A stretch of 64,000 nt of DNA, taken from contig JALDTO010000150.1 in NCBI GenBank assembly GCA_023515725.1, positions 1,797-65,796 on the forward strand. Direction: 5' to 3'. The translations under genes were made by a program, and so were the position numbers. The notes under the pieces are model-generated. The model was not told the DNA's origin, searched no databases, and worked only from the letters and a program-made list of their open reading frames with translations. How positions within the stretch are numbered: position 1 is the first letter of the stretch; the number at the start of each line of letters is the position of its first letter. This document shows, piece by piece, positions 13,453 to 27,021 of the stretch. Source of the stretch: Amoeboaphelidium protococcarum X5 (taxonomy: Eukaryota > Fungi > Aphelidiomycota).

Positions 13453-15768
13453 ATGAAAGTTGCATCTCAAATATCATTGATTGGAGCATTCCTGGCCTCG
13501 TTCAGTTTTGCCGCTGAAAGCACTCAAACTTATGGCTCCTTCTGGGGTGAATTCTCTGCCACTAGTAATCCTTTCCAGTGTCCTGGTGATGCCTATGTGA
13601 CGCGTTTGAACGCTACTGTAGCTGACAGAATCAGGAACATTCGCGTCTTCTGCTCTGACGGCACCGCGTCTCCTTGCTATGGCTCCTGCTAGGCAAACGA
13701 CTGGAAATTTGCTCAGGGTGATGCTAAGCCAAACAAGGACACTCCGCTGATGATGACCATGTACAGCGAGTAGGGCTTCAACTCCATGGTGTTTCAGTAC
13801 ACCAACCTAGTGGAAACTATTCAGTCTGTCAACTCTGCTACTCAGCTCGTTGCTGCTGACAGAAATGGTAATCCAGAGGTGACCTGGCCATCTGTTGAAG
13901 ATCAGCAAGCTAATGGTGGTACATAGAAGATCATCACTGGCTTCAAGATCAAGAGTGGTTTGGATGTCAACATGATGCAGATAATGTATCGCGAAAACAA
14001 GACTGAGTAGTTTCACGGTTTAAAGATGCCTTAGCCACCATTCAAGCTGGTTGATGGTCCTGCAATCGATGGTACTCACGTGTATGGAAAAGGTGCTGGT
14101 GGATAATTTGCTGACAACTCCAATCCTTTCATTTGCCCAAACAATGGCTATGTAACTGATGTTATCTCCAACATTGGCAGCCGCATCGAAAGCTTGGAGG
14201 TCAAGTGTTCTGACGGTTACATGTCTCAGTGTTTTGGTAGTTGCGACTCGTTGAGAGCTCTTCCTATGGCTGATGCCTCTCCGCAGTAAGACTCTCCTCA
14301 GAGAAGAATTATGACCGCTCCGCTGGGTTTCAATAAGGTTCAGTTCTATGCTGGTGATGTCCTTACTGCTATACAGTCTGTCAATGCTGTTGGTCACTAT
14401 CTGTAGAGTGATGCTACCATATTCGACCATACTGCGAACACTTGGCCATCTCTCGATGATGACCGCAAGGATTCTAAGTAGAAAATCATTGTTGGCTTCC
14501 GCGTCAAGTCTGGTGAGGCTATTGACTCTCTTTAGGTGGTTTATAAGATCAATAACACTGTTGCAGCTCCTGCTCCTCCTGCTACCAATCCACCATCTAC
14601 TGAAGCCAATGTACCTGCAAAGGCTGTTCACAATCAGCCCGTCCCTGCGCCTGTCTACAAGGCTGCATCTGCCTCTCCATCATCTGACAGTGACAAGAAA
14701 GCGAATTCTCCGGCGTACAAATCCCCTGCTCCTGTCCCATCTCCTGCTTACCAGACTCCTTCTCCAACTCCATCCTAGGTGAAGCCAAGTCCTGCTTATC
14801 AGTCACCGGTGAATTCCCCTCCTGCTGGACACCCTTCCGCTCCAGCTTATAATAAGCCTTCTTCTCCTCATCCTGTGCCTGCGCCTGCTCATGGTCCATC
14901 CTCGACCACTCCTTGTCCTCCTACTCCGACACCATCTCCAGCTCCAAAGCCTGCTTCACCTCAGCCGGCTCCACGCCCTGCACCTGCTACTCCTCATCCA
15001 GCTCCATAACCTGCTCCTGCGTATAAGACACCGTCTACAACTACTCCTTGCCCTCCTACTGCAACTCCATCTCCTGCTCCTAAGCCAGCACCTGCTGCTC
15101 CACATCCAGTTCCATAACCTGCTCCTGCGTATAAGGCACCTTCCTCAACCACCCCTTGCCCTCCTACCGCAACTCCATCTCCTGCTCCAAAGCCTGCACC
15201 AGCTGCTCCACAGCCGGCTCCTGCTCACAACGTGCCAAGCTCGGCTGTCCCATGTCCACCAACAGCTGCGCCATAGTCTGCTCCAAAACCAGCACCTGCT
15301 GCGCCATAGCCTGCTCCTGCTGTACCTGCCCCTCACCCAGTGCCTGCTCCATCTAATGCACCAAGTTCCAATACTCCTTGTCCACCGACTGCAAGTCCAC
15401 AACCTGCTCCAGCTACCAGCGCTCCAGCTCCTAAGCCTGCAGCTTCCCCTGCAGCTCCTGGTTACGGTCAACCATCGGCCCCATCTCAGAAATAGGACAT
15501 TCCATACTGCGATGAAGTTGATACCACCAAATACACTCCTGTCCCAATCAAGGGCAGTGAAGCCAAGGCTCCTAATGCAACCACGTCTGCTAACACAACC
15601 TCCACCAAGAACGCAGCTGCATACAAGACACCATCCCCTGTGGCGGTGAGTGAACTAGGATCAAGCATCGACTCTTCTTCAAGTAAGTCTTTGGAGGCTA
15701 GCAGCGCTGGAACTGTATCAGCATCTCTGGTCATGGCAGTGGTTAGCGGTGCATTGCTCATGCTATGA
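13453..15768 (+). CDS. Secreted, probably GPI-anchored protein with two jacalin-like repeats and a Pro/Ala/Ser-rich extensin-like stalk (771 aa)
   Basis: Signal peptide; two homologous domains (SNPFQCPGDAYVT...CSDG...CYGSC and SNPFICPNNGYVT...CSDG...CFGSC); Pro-rich repeats; C-terminus SSAGTVSASLVMAVVSGALLML-stop. Confidence 0.8.
15004..15219 (+). repeat. Two 108-bp coding tandem repeats (PQPAPAYKxPSxTTPCPPTATPSPAPKPAPAAP); more diverged copies flank them
   Basis: ccataacctgctcctgcgtataag begins at both 15004 and 15112. Confidence 0.85.
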
Positions 15769-16404
15769 ACACTCTTTTAACACTCGGTTTGATGAATTTA
15801 ATGACGTTAAGGTGAATTAAAAGTATTAAGATTAAAGATTTAATAGCAGCATTTTGATACATTCAAATTCATTGTTAATCGCGTTTTCTACTTTACAGAT
15901 ATTCGATAGATTACGGAGACAGAGTGGCATGAATCTCCTCCACCGCTTTGTCTATTTCAATGGCACTCATTTTAGATAAATCAGGTGTAGAACTGAAATC
16001 TATGAGCGGATTAAATGAATCTTCGACGCGTCTTTAATTACCTTAAACGTCCTTGTATTGTGATTTGTCAATTTAAAATGGCCGTAGATCTCCTCCAGCC
16101 TATGTCATTGTCGTAGTGCATTACGAAAATAGCGACTTTTTAGATTGAATTACCGGCAATTATTTTCGAATTATTTTGACACACTACACGTACTATTAGC
16201 TAATCATTAAATTCAATACGATTCACTAGAGACTTTTGTTATTATTACAAGTCCGTCTTTATCAACATTTGAATTGAGTAACTGCTTAACGTCTCTGTCA
16301 GTGGACATCACTTCTTTTTCCTTAACGCGCTGAATGCTTAAAAGATAAATTCAAATCAAATCCTCAATTTATAAAAGTGTTAGAAATAAGGAACGAGTAA
16401 AATA

Positions 16405-16761
16405 ATGAATCCGTCATTAATTCAACTCCTGATCAAGGAAGACTCGTAGCTTTAAAAGTTTGCAAATGATCCCAGTATTGAGATTTTGATTAAAGATCTA
16501 GATGGTCGGTTTGATAAAACTGTGTCGTATTCTTTAGCTGAACTGTCCAGTCAAGATTATTCATAGTTTGATTTTAGTAAAGTCGATTGGTCCGCGCTGG
16601 CGACTAAATTGTGCGATTTCAGTGAAGATTCAGTGTCTTTCGATAAATCAGTCTTTAATGCGAAAATCTAAGTCCAGTCCAGAGCAGAGGAACTTAGTTA
16701 GTAAGATGATGGCGAATAGTAAAAAAAGATCAAGATCCGGTTCAATGTTAAAAAATAGTGA
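16405..16761 (+). CDS. Hypothetical protein (118 aa) with basic C-terminus
   Basis: ATG to TGA open with TAR=Gln; ends KKIKIRFNVKKQ; converges on ILV1 with a 12-bp gap. Confidence 0.55.
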
Positions 16762-16773
16762 TCACATGTAAAC

Positions 16774-18444
16774 TCATTTTAGTAATGTTTTGTAGATTTC
16801 ATTATCTGTAACTTCTACATAAGGATAGCCAACTTTATAGAGAAACTCCTTGAATTTCTGATCTACACTTTCATCGTCTTGCGCGAGTGGCACTTGAATA
16901 CCCACTAGAACTTTGCCAATGTCGCCACCATAATTTCGATAATGGAATAAGGAGACGTTCCAATCAGTGTTGAGACATTACAGAAATTTCCCCAGAGCTC
17001 CATTCTTCTCTGGAAATTGGAATTATACCAAACGTTCCTAGAATCTGGCATCTTCATTAGGACAGCTTCCACCCACCATATATCGCAGGTGAGTTTTAGC
17101 AACTTCGTCATGACTGATATCAATAGCGCGCATATTCTAACCGCTCAAGTGTTCTATAATAGTTTTAACGTCGTTCTCTTATCTTTGTTATGACAGTTAA
17201 AACGAGAGTATAATATGAGCATTGGACGAGTTGCTTTTGCGATAGCTAAACTCAGTGACACTTCGCGGATAGAGTTCATTATACAGCTATATGAAAGCAC
17301 CGGGCCTCTCATCAATAGTGACCAAAAGCATCGCCTCTTTACGCTCTCCCAGACTTGCGCGCTCGGCCACAAATCGCAACCGATCAAAGTCCATATTGGC
17401 ACCACTACAAACTCCCACCAGTCGTTATGGTTTATTCATCGTGGGTGACAACTGTTCAGATTACTCATTCAGCAAATACTTTTTCATTCCAGCCACACTG
17501 AGAGCACCGGCAGGTTCCAATACGGTTCTAGTATCGATAAACACGTCTTTGATGGCAGCACAAATCTCATCATTTGTCACCAAGATGACTCCGTCGATAC
17601 CGGGCACTTGATCTGATCCTTAGCATACGCGGAATGTCTCAGATCCAACCTTTTTAACTGCGGCACCATCAGCGAATAATCCAACACTACTCAACTCAGT
17701 AGGTGTCCCAATTTCAAGCGATTTATGCAGAGAGCACGCGTCAATAGCTTCTACTCCATAAACTTTTACCTGAGGATGGATTCTTTTAACATAAGCGGTG
17801 ATACCAGCTATAAGCCCTCCGCCTCCAACACAAACAAATATAGCATCCACATCTTCTAAATCATGAGATCTCTTACTCAACACTGGACACTACGCGTCAA
17901 TCTGCTGCGCCTACTTCATAATCTCAACGCCCACAGTGCCTTGACCAGCGATTACAAATGGATCATCGAATGGATGAACAAGCACTTTCTATTACTCCTT
18001 CGCTATTCGCGCACACTCCTTCTGTGCTTCATTAAAATCCTCGCCGTGCAGGATAACTTGAATGAATTCGCCTCCAATACGTTTCACATTGTCCACTTTG
18101 ATCGAAGGTGTAATCACAGGCATGACAATAGTCGAGTGTATCTAGAGAGTTTTAGCTGAGAGCGCCACACCTTGTGCGTGATTACCAGCGCTACAGCATA
18201 CGACGCCATTAGCCTGCTCCAGCGGTGACAAATGCTTCATTTTATTATAAGCGCCGCGGATTTTAAACGAGAACACAGACTGTAGATCCTCTCGCTTCAG
18301 CAAAATGTCATGTCCAAATCTCTGAGACAAACTATGCGCATACTACAGCGGAGTCTCCTGAGCAACATCATACACTTTAGATGTGAGTATTAGCTTTAAA
18401 TAATCTATTTAATCTTCTTGAAGTAACGCGCCTTTAGTCATCAT
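16774..18444 (-). CDS. ILV1: Biosynthetic threonine deaminase (IlvA/Ilv1)
   Basis: [49 protein letters not shown], two regulatory repeats ([16 protein letters not shown]). Confidence 0.95.
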
Positions 18445-18620
18445 TTCCTTAATAAAATCAAATTGCGTTAAATAAGACGATTAATGGTAAAATCTTAGCG
18501 TTAGGATTCAATAAGATCATAAGCTTGTTAACTTGTAAGGGCAATCACTAAAATGAAGTTTTTATATAAACTCTCAATATATTAACAAATTTATATTTAA
18601 ATTCAAGGATTGCTAAAAAT

Positions 18621-20147
18621 TCAATTATCATTATTGATACTTAGAGATCTTCCCAGTCGCCCATTGAGATCTTCATTGTCTGAATTATCGGCAGAGTCAT
18701 GATCGTGAACCACGCCCAGTCCCCAGATGAAGCGCTTCGTCTGATCTCCGCGTTCATTCCATCTCAAGCACCGCGCCAAACTACCAAACCAGTCAGCTGA
18801 TACATTCACCTCCTTTATGATGATGGGTAGGGAGCGATTTTGCTATTAATTAGAAGCGAATACGCGAACCACATCGCCCTGACTGAGTCGTACCCGGTGT
18901 CTTCCGTCAAAGCTTACCCAAGCGGAGCAGGTTGAAGAGTGAGACTTGTACTCTGGCACAACCACAATGACACTCTCATTATCGGGTAGAATAACTGGCC
19001 GGAAGCTAAGAGTATGTGGACATATAGGAGTAACCAGCAGTGCAGCCACAGATGGATGGCATATAGAACCACCTGCGGATAATGAGTACGCGGTGGATCC
19101 CGTCGGCGTTGCGATAACTATACCATCAGCTTTCACAGTTGTTAGATGAATTGGAGCCGTATCTTGAGATGCAAGCGATTGACTGAACAATTCCAGCGTG
19201 GATATATAAGCTGACGGACCTCGATCGACAACAATGTCATTTAGTATTTAGAACGATTCATCCGGAATGGGAGGTATACAATATTGCGACTGATCCTAAG
19301 TATTCTATTCCTATGACCGCAAGTAATCAGAGCTAGATTATTATTTCACAGGACATCCAAACTTCTCCAGTGGATTAGCTAAAGTGACATGCCGTGTGAG
19401 GCCAGGTGTTCGCACAATCTTTTAGCGATAAACTTCGCATGTTAATCGCATGCGATAAGATATACCGATGGAGCCTCGTTCAGGCTATTAACGCATGACC
19501 CAGTCCAGTATACACCCCAGTTCAGAGTATTAAAATACAGTCAGGAATCCTAGAGAACCCAGATGGAATGGAAGAATTGGCGGTACTTGATCTTAGAATA
19601 GCCACGATGCATATAAGACAGTTCCATCGCCACCGAGTGTAATAATAAGATCTATAATCTCATGCGGACACCGACTCTGAGTCAGCGATATATCATGTTT
19701 GCAGTAGTACTTTTACTGTATCTATTCCTACTACCATGGATCTTGATCGCCATCACTGAGTTGTTATTACTAAACATTAGGAATAGAATCCTAGTTATTA
19801 TTATTATGATCAGGACTTGATGGTATAACAGTAGACGGAATATGTGGAATATTGGGCGGACAAGTTTATTTTCTCAACTAGTGTGCATTCCAAGCCTTCA
19901 CTTTCTATGACCATTTATCTTTGCATTCAGGCAACAGCGGCGGTGAGTGCATCTGCTCATATAGAACATCTTCAATATATACAATACAATCAAAACGGCA
20001 GCAGAGAAGTTCAGCGACATTACGCACCTTGTCCACCAGCGACGGATCACTCAACTTTGCCACAATGAACACTGTCTGAGGCTTACTCCACGGATAGTTC
20101 TAGGATGAAGAAGATGAAGGAGATGGAGTCTACTACTTATCCAACAT
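18621..20147 (-). CDS. ATP-NAD kinase (Utr1-like)
   Basis: [81 protein letters not shown]. Confidence 0.93.
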
Positions 20148-20372
20148 ATTGCTAATACTAAGAGCAGAAGCTAGCTTTATTTTACTAAAGAGAAATTATC
20201 AACTTAAGTAGTGAAAAGCTATGGAGTGAATATGCAATTGATCCGCAAGTCTTTCAACTCAAACTTCAACGGAGACAAACGCGGAGTGAGTGGCTGCAGA
20301 TCAACATTTAAACTTTCGCCCAGCAGCGCCGCTTTGTCATTTGCCGCGAAAATGACAATAAACTTTACAACA

Positions 20373-20851
20373 ATGGTTAAGATGCAACAGATGTAGCTAT
20401 TACTATTGACAATTGTGGCACTGATTAGCCTAGTAGATGCAACCAAATGTATGGATTCTACAGTATACACTATATCTTGAGCGATGATTTGACTAATATT
20501 CATTGTAATGTAGATGCGTACTTGGTGCTAAAGTCTCCATGGTCATTCGAAGCGTATGAATTGGTGGACGCGGAGAGGAAAAGCATTTTGACAGAATTTC
20601 GTGAATTGTGCCCACAATAGTATAATGTGCTGATTAATGACGTGTTTCCCGCTTGTAAGTATGTGTGGTTGTAAGAGTCTTCGCGTCGAGTCTTTGCCAA
20701 TAGAGATTCTGAGCTGGACTGGTGTTTGAATGCTGTTTAGAGAAGTTCGTTCACTGTCGCTTCACCTAATCCGTTTAATCACAGATGGACGTTCAAGATG
20801 GACATGGAACAATGTGGATAGACATTATCATTATTCTTCATGACTGACTGA
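20373..20851 (+). CDS. Small secreted hypothetical protein with 4 Cys; one intron ~20449-20513
   Basis: Signal peptide QLLLLTIVALISLVDA; a GTATGG...ACTAAT...TGTAG intron restores the frame to TGA 20851. Confidence 0.6.
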
Positions 20852-20903
20852 ATTAAGAAAAATGTTAATACATTGAGCCATATTTATAACTATCAATAAT
20901 AAA

Positions 20904-21621
20904 TCATTTCACTTTCTTGTTCTAACGCGGCGATTGTCTGGTGCCATTAGAGTAAACTTTGGGTGATTTACCACCATCTCTCTACGCGTAAATCATAGCA
21001 GTAAATGGCTCTTCAAAGGATAGAGCAACTTTGTACAAAAAGAACACAAACACTGATAACCAGATTCCAGTAACTTTCTAATACCAGAGAGCAGTGCCTA
21101 GAAAGACCAAAGTTGAACCATTATACATTGGATTATTCATCACATTGAACGGGAACGCTGTTACTCTATGAGACATCAAAATTCCAAAATAATCACCCAA
21201 ATAAGTTCCGGTTATGCCCAGCTAATACATTGACGACAATACAAACACGTTACCAATGGCAATAAGGACCGCTCCAACTAAAGGTGCGTGTTCAAACTAC
21301 ATCAAGTATCTGTCGCTGTGCATAGACTCCAGCGCCAACTTGTACAGATAATCACGCCATATGCCGGCGACAAATATACAAAACGCTAGTATGTAGCAAC
21401 CTCTACAAATTGAAAATGATTTTTAAGTTTAATTCGCACAACAACTTACCTGTACTTGTCACCGACACATTTACTGAGCCAATGCGTTCTGTACTCAGAT
21501 CTACACACACAGCACGTATATTATAGTCAATAGTGGCATGCATTCCATACCTGGCAGCTATATTCCATAGCAATGGATTCATTATGGCCTACGCGACAAA
21601 AGCGAAAACATAAACGTTCAT
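20904..21621 (-). CDS. OPI3: Phospholipid N-methyltransferase (Opi3/PEMT); introns 21403-21449 and 21501-21550
   Basis: [55 protein letters not shown]. Confidence 0.92.
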
Positions 21622-21810
21622 TATGATTAATAGAGGTTGATGTAAGGTATAATCAAAATAGGAGTTATACAAAACTTGGTGCGATTCACAAACTCTATCG
21701 ATAAAACAAGATCTGAACGCGGTATCTTGGTGAAAGCATATAAAGAGCACTAGAATTCAAAGATATAAGATTATAGCTATAAAATCTATTACTTATCAAT
21801 AATGAAAAAA

Positions 21811-23619
21811 TCAGTATGAGTAATCTTTTGCGCGATACTTTTACTTTGAACCAGAGTTGGAGTACTTTGGAGAGCCATAGCTTTTACTGAATCCCCCCTT
21901 CTTCTAAGCTCCGTAATTGTTACTGCTATAATCTTTGCCAGATCTGCCACCTCTTTACTGCTGCTAATATTACGAACTCTATTCTTTAATTGCCTAAAAC
22001 TAAGACATATCATCCTAATCACCATCATGATTAGTAGTAAGTAAATCATTAGTTAGAGACTTGATCATGGCCGCCACGAGAGCAGAAGACTTTTAATCTT
22101 GCAACTCTTGCATTCCACAAGCAGTCAGCAGTGTTTGAGTGTGATCCATGTACCCAGCTAGATCATCCTAAAGATTGGCGATCACCTGAGGGATAATCGT
22201 AGTCTCCAATGATGCACTCAACACTTCTTACTTGGTCGGAACAGACACGTAATCCATAGCGATCTTCGTATCCTTCTCAATCTCTTTTAGCTTATTTAAA
22301 TCTCTGCTGACAGAACTAGATCCTCCTCCTCTATCATATCTATCTCTCTTACGTCTATCGTTAGACTATGATGGATCAAAGAGTGTGACATTGGTTCCAA
22401 AGTTATTAGCGCGACCAGTTCTACCACTTCTGTGTACGAAAGATTCCACGTTATCTGGAGGACCCATTTGGACAACCATGTTCACATTCTTGATATCTAG
22501 GCCACGACTAGCAACATCAGTGCACACAAGGACATTCAATTTACCATCTCTGTACTATTGCAGTGTCTCATCACGTTCACGCTGGCCGAGATCACTATGC
22601 AAGGCAGCCACGTTTAATTTATGAGCAAAGAATGAGCTTGCTGCCTGATGAAGTTTTGTGGCAGCCTCATTAGCTTCCTTCTTGGTTTGCGTAAATATCA
22701 GAATCTGATCTTTGTTGGCACTTTTTCCGCCATCACTATGGGTGGCATCTTCCGGTCGTGTGTGCTTCCAAGTTCCAGTGTAATGAAGGGCCAGAATATC
22801 AATCAAAGATGACAGCTATCTATCCTTCTTACAAGGGATAGCAAGATACTTTATACTTGATGGAGCATTATTCTCTTGTCCAACCAGATCAATTGTGGTA
22901 TAACCAGGGCGGAAGAACTTTCTGGCAGCCTACTTTACCCACCTCGGCATAGTAGCGCTGAAAAGCAAAGTCTAATGTTCTGTCGCGTTGGAAGTAGAAG
23001 CTTTGTGCTTCTTAATCAAACCCAGAATCTACTCCAATTACTCTTCAAAGCCGATATCCAACATGTAATCGCTCTCATCCAGGCAGAGTAATTGCACCTA
23101 ACTCAAATTAAACTTATTGCTGTCTAGCATATCAACAATACGACCGGGGGTGCCAATACATATATCAGCCGATCTTAGCGCGTTAACTTGCGGGCCATAG
23201 CCGACGCCACCATAAATGCAAGCAGTTTTCAAATCAGGCAAAAACTTTGCAGCCACGTCATGAACCTGAGTAGCCAGCTCGCGCGTTGGACACAGAATCA
23301 TAGACCTAGGTGCAAAATCTCTCTTATTGGCACTAGCAGAGTTTTACAGAATCTAGCCAATAGGCAGCAGAAACGCCAGCGATTTTCCACTTCCAGTCTT
23401 GGCTCTTGCAATCAGATCCTTGCCGTCCATGATAATATCAAATGTCTACTTCTGGATCGGAAATAACTCCTTGATACCATTGCGTATTAAAATGTTTTAG
23501 TATTTAGGAGACAGATTAGGATGAATCTAGGAATCAATACTCTATTATTATGCAGCACTATTACTAGTAACAGAGCTATGTCTGATCTGATGTATGACGC
23601 GCTTAGTCTATCGAAACAT
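21811..23619 (-). CDS. DEAD-box RNA helicase, DDX21-like, with predicted mitochondrial presequence
   Basis: LFPIQ, ARAKTGSGKS, PTRELA, TPGR, motif II DESD, FSATMP, TDVASRGLDI, HRSGRTGRA; G/S/Y/K-rich tail. Confidence 0.9.
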
Positions 23620-23741
23620 TTGCGCGTTTTTCGTTTCAGTTTGTTCAAAGAGAGAGAAAAGAGAGAAAGGCGTTTCCATTAAGCTGTAGATTCTCAAATC
23701 GCAGAAATCCCATAGCATCAATTTATAATATTTTTTTCTAA

Positions 23742-24839
23742 TCAAACAATATCATCACTAGGATCACCCTGAAGATTTTACTTTACGCCTCCATCCATTG
23801 ACATTTCAGTATCTTGTAATTAGCCGGGAGCACCTTTCGCAGCAGGTAAAATACTGATCTGATCAAAGTAAGCTCCCGTCTTCATGACACTTGCCGCAAT
23901 ATCATCCGGCGTGGACTCGGAATCATCAGTCGTTGCATTCTTTGCCTTGGACTTGGCTTTGGATTTTTACTGCGTTTTTCTCTGTGGTTGGGTACCATCA
24001 GGCCTCAAACTGACTAGTTACATCAAGACGCTGAAGAAGGCATGAGACCAGAATGTGCAAAACATTAGGCAAAGATCAACAATTGCAATGCGGGAATGTA
24101 AACTCAGAGCCATACTTTAATCAGCCACCAAGTCATCTGACATCAACTGTCCCACTGGCCAAGCAAAGAAACACGCTGATACTCCACACATCAGCTCTAC
24201 CACCACGATAACCAGTGTCTTGATCACAAGTGGAATGACTGACTTGTTTAAATACTCAGAGGCTTTCTTTTTATCATTCTTGGAACCCAATGTATCCTTT
24301 TTTATATCAAGCACAATTTTTAAGGAAATCAGACCTGAAGCAGAGTCTAGCAATCCAATGTAGCAGTAAAATACCACCCAATAGATACGCGTCGTAAAGT
24401 AAATAGTTGGAAATATTTAATAACTGTATATCGATGATACGATGCCAACATACAATCCTCCCAACGCTATCAGTGGCATCCAAAGTCCGGCCGACACCAA
24501 GTTTGAGCTGTGATACAACCACGTGAATGACTTTAATCTCAAAATGACTATAGTCTCGTACAGTATCACATTGATGGTGTATAGAATCTCACCCGTGGTC
24601 CATAAAGCATAGTATAATCCATTGTCGCCGGATGGCTAAATAAAAAACTCCTTTGACAACTTGATAACAGCGCATAGTAGAGTGCCAGTAGCACTTAAAG
24701 CCATTAAGCGTTGTATCTGAGTCTTAGTTTCAACCGCGTGATAGTGTTGACTTGCAGCTAAAACCAATGCAACAACGACGAAGGCAACTTCCACTGATAT
24801 AGCGACTGGATTAAGAGGCTGCAAGTTGATGGCTAGCAT
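23742..24839 (-). CDS. Multi-pass (about 7 TM) membrane protein, GPCR-like topology
   Basis: 366 codons; roughly seven hydrophobic segments followed by a polar cytoplasmic tail. Confidence 0.6.
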
Positions 24840-25043
24840 TTTTGTCGCTTATAATGCGTTTGATATTAAAAGTATGCAATTTTTAATTGAAATCGTAATA
24901 CCGTGAGAGATAAATTTTCACATGCCACCATCTAAATATAGATTTGCCTCGTTACAAACGTCTTTTTCATTCAAAAAGGTGATTAGTGTTCAGAAAGGGA
25001 TATAGCACCACTGCGTCCCTACATAAGGGACAAAAAAATAAGT

Positions 25044-25126
25044 CGTCGACAGCAGGATTTGAACCTGCGCGCCCAGAGGGCAGTTGATTTCGAGTCAACC
25101 CCATTGGACCACTTTGGTATGTCGAC
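25044..25126 (-). tRNA. tRNA-Ser (CGA)
   Basis: GTCGACA/TGTCGAC acceptor, GTTGA-CT-CGA-AA-TCAAC, long variable arm GCCC-TCT-GGGC, G73, T7 terminator. Confidence 0.95.
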
Positions 25127-27021
25127 CTAAAATCGGCAAAATGTTGCGAAGGCGCATTATTTAAAGTAGTTTGGAAGAAATCTAGCGTGTTAAGATTTAA
25201 ATGTTCATGGGTATGGTAACAAAACTTGGTCCATTCAGTAATTTTGCTTCAATGCTTTTTAACACAAGGCATCGCCTGAATCGAACCTTTAAAACAGAAA
25301 GCTGCAGTCCTGGTTAAGGAAAATATTCTGAGTGATTGCTTTGTTTACGGTCTTATTTTAAGCGCACGCCGATGGGGTAGTTCTGTTTGCTAATGTCGAC
25401 TATCTTAGGTGCCCAATCCTCGTTGGCACAAGAGCATAAGCCGCTGCAATAGAAGAATTTTATGAACGGAGGCTGAAAATTTGTTTTTGCTGGCTTTTTA
25501 TGCAAGATAGCTCATCTGCAAATTTATTAAACCAAGGAAACAGCCCTGTCATAAGTCCTAATTATCTTGTGTCACAATCAGTTATGATTCACTTAAATTA
25601 AGGTTAATATGAGGGATAGATTGGTTAAGTTTTTTAGAAAGGAGCTTGGTCTGATTAATGCTGCTAAATTTTTACAGTGGGATGCGCTATTTGAGTTTCG
25701 GATGGATCGGCTGAATACGAAATCTCCAGTTAAATTGACTGCTGCATCAATTGAATAATTCTTAAAACCGTAGAAGCATTCAGTATTTGCCGACTCTGTC
25801 TAAGAATAAACAATGTTTACCGTGCAGCATACTAAAAGATTATTGACATTGGTATAGGAAGGATTTTTGAAGATGTATCTGAGCGCAATGAAGCCACAGC
25901 TCGATTCTTTTGCTTCCTCCATGTCCCGTGGCAGACCATCGATGATTTGATTTTGAGTGATTGTAAGTCGTGGCTTGGTTCTAATTTCTGCGCATGATGA
26001 GATTCCTTCAACTCTATTTCCGCCAGAATTAGTTACCAATGTTCGATATAGTGCTTGAGTATTAACTGGCACCAGATAGTAGCAAAAACGTCTTAGATTT
26101 TTGGTGGTACTAAAATGGAGTGATATGCGTAAATTCAAATTTAAGTTCAACTTTAGTGATATAATTAAGGGCGACCATACATGGCGAAGAGGCTGATATT
26201 TTTTATGATTATGAGGAGGATTTGCAGTTGTAAGTCTAGGAGGAGAAAGAACATTAATACGCGCACGTGAGCTGTTCAGTATATGAAGTAGAAACGTTTT
26301 GGTTGTGTTTGATTTCTATAAGATTGCTCATCTGTACCATCTTGAAAAAAATGCTCAATGAATACGCGCTACGAGTATTAAGTTGAGAGCCATCCTTGTG
26401 AAGCAGCTACAAGTCCTCCTTTTAAGGATCAGTTAATACGTTTACCGAGAGTCGGATTGATAACTATTGACAAGAAAGTTGAAAACTCTAAAATGGTATA
26501 TACTCTATGATTACAGTACTATGTTCAACATATTATTTTTATGCATATTTAACCTGCAGTTAACGGAAAAGCTCTACGTTTATGAGCATGAGCTAACACG
26601 GATACTGCGTTAAATGATCATTTGGAGTATGCGTGTTTCAAGTCAAAGTGGCTCTGTAATCTGTAAGAGTTGAACGAATCAAGAAATTACTACTTGTAAT
26701 AATGATGGTTGTAGCATAGGGAACATGTGTTTTTCATTCAGTCAGTCGGAATCTATAAAAAGTCCTCCCTCAGTTGACCTCATTAGTCAGTTGCAACGTG
26801 AAATGCCATCTACGAAAGTGGATGGCTCTTTGAGCATTTTACCGCTGCCAATCTCAATTAATGTATCTCTCATGCGCGACTTACGATGAATAGTCCATAA
26901 GAGTTAATACCAGTAAAAATCCTGACATACTTATTTGAGCTTGCTTTCTCGGAGTCTGTCTAAAGGTGTCATGCTCTTTTAAAAATGCCCCACTGAATAT
27001 GGTGAAAGGCGGGATGCGTAA

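Noticed and set aside
14891-15480. CRISPR-like or satellite array
   Set aside because: The repeats are in-frame coding units with synonymous variation and no spacer structure.
14020-15761. Numerous overlapping Leu/Gln/Arg-rich ORFs in the track
   Set aside because: They are alternative-frame and antisense shadows of the Pro-rich coding repeat.
20219-20700. Minus-strand ORFs as an N-terminal extension of the NAD kinase
   Set aside because: An in-frame TGA lies upstream of ATG 20147, and the region is better explained by a divergent spliced plus-strand gene.
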